Below, in pieces: positions 63,986-64,000 of a stretch of DNA of 64,000 bases. Made by a program: the position numbers and the translations under genes. Where the stretch lies: the NCBI GenBank assembly GCA_937625935.1, contig OW569374.1, positions 310,001 through 374,000 on the forward strand, written 5' to 3'. The DNA is from Tetramitus jugosus. Lineage: Eukaryota > Protista > Heterolobosea. Each line of letters starts with the position of its first letter. Positions within the stretch are counted from its first letter, which is position 1. The notes below the pieces were generated by a model. That model saw nothing but the letters and a program-made list of their open reading frames with translations. It did not search any database and had not been told where the DNA came from.

Positions 63986-64000
63986 ATGCATTCATCATCA
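63986..64000 (+). CDS. Probable start of the next gene (MHSSS...), truncated by the window edge
   Basis: aaccATG immediately after a (CAA)n-rich leader like those preceding other genes here. Confidence 0.4.

Noticed and set aside
1-64000. Bacterial contamination, operon, CRISPR array, tRNA/rRNA or transposon
   Set aside because: Bacterial-like genes are interleaved with intron-containing eukaryotic genes at similar composition. I saw no spaced direct-repeat array, cloverleaf, rRNA, transposase or reverse-transcriptase motif.

Overview
Gene-dense eukaryotic nuclear DNA (roughly 40% GC by eye, standard genetic code) with about 40 protein genes on both strands. Intergenic gaps are often under 100 bp. 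I could place 16 short GT-AG introns (58-128 bp), many with a CTAAC/CTGAC-type branch site. Cilia-associated genes (WDR92, BBS8, FAM227-like), EGF/RCC1 surface-protein architecture, several F-box genes and CAA-rich leaders fit a free-living flagellate or amoeboflagellate protist, most plausibly a Naegleria-like heterolobosean (inference, not confirmed). Housekeeping genes include histone H4, a Ras-family GTPase, Prp28, TRMT2A, Nopp140, aspartate aminotransferase, LIS1, Sec12, MEMO1 and KANSL2-like. I recognised no tRNA, rRNA, CRISPR array or transposon. The ORF track misses a >=887-codon lipase-EGF-RCC1-like gene running off the left edge. Most notable observations: (1) a bacterial YfbM/DUF1877 domain apparently split by an inserted F-box; (2) an F-box + degenerate small-GTPase + CaaX protein; (3) bacterial-type genes in eukaryotic context (perosamine-synthase-like aminotransferase, GtrA-like membrane protein, dCTP deaminase with an upstream E2F-type site, C39-like peptidase with an intron, stand-alone BPL-N amidotransferase); (4) a two-ATG aspartate aminotransferase with a PTS2-like peptide; (5) two small genes that appear to change frame at A7 runs; (6) two intergenic hairpin ncRNA candidates. 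All family assignments come from motif recognition by eye; no searches were run.
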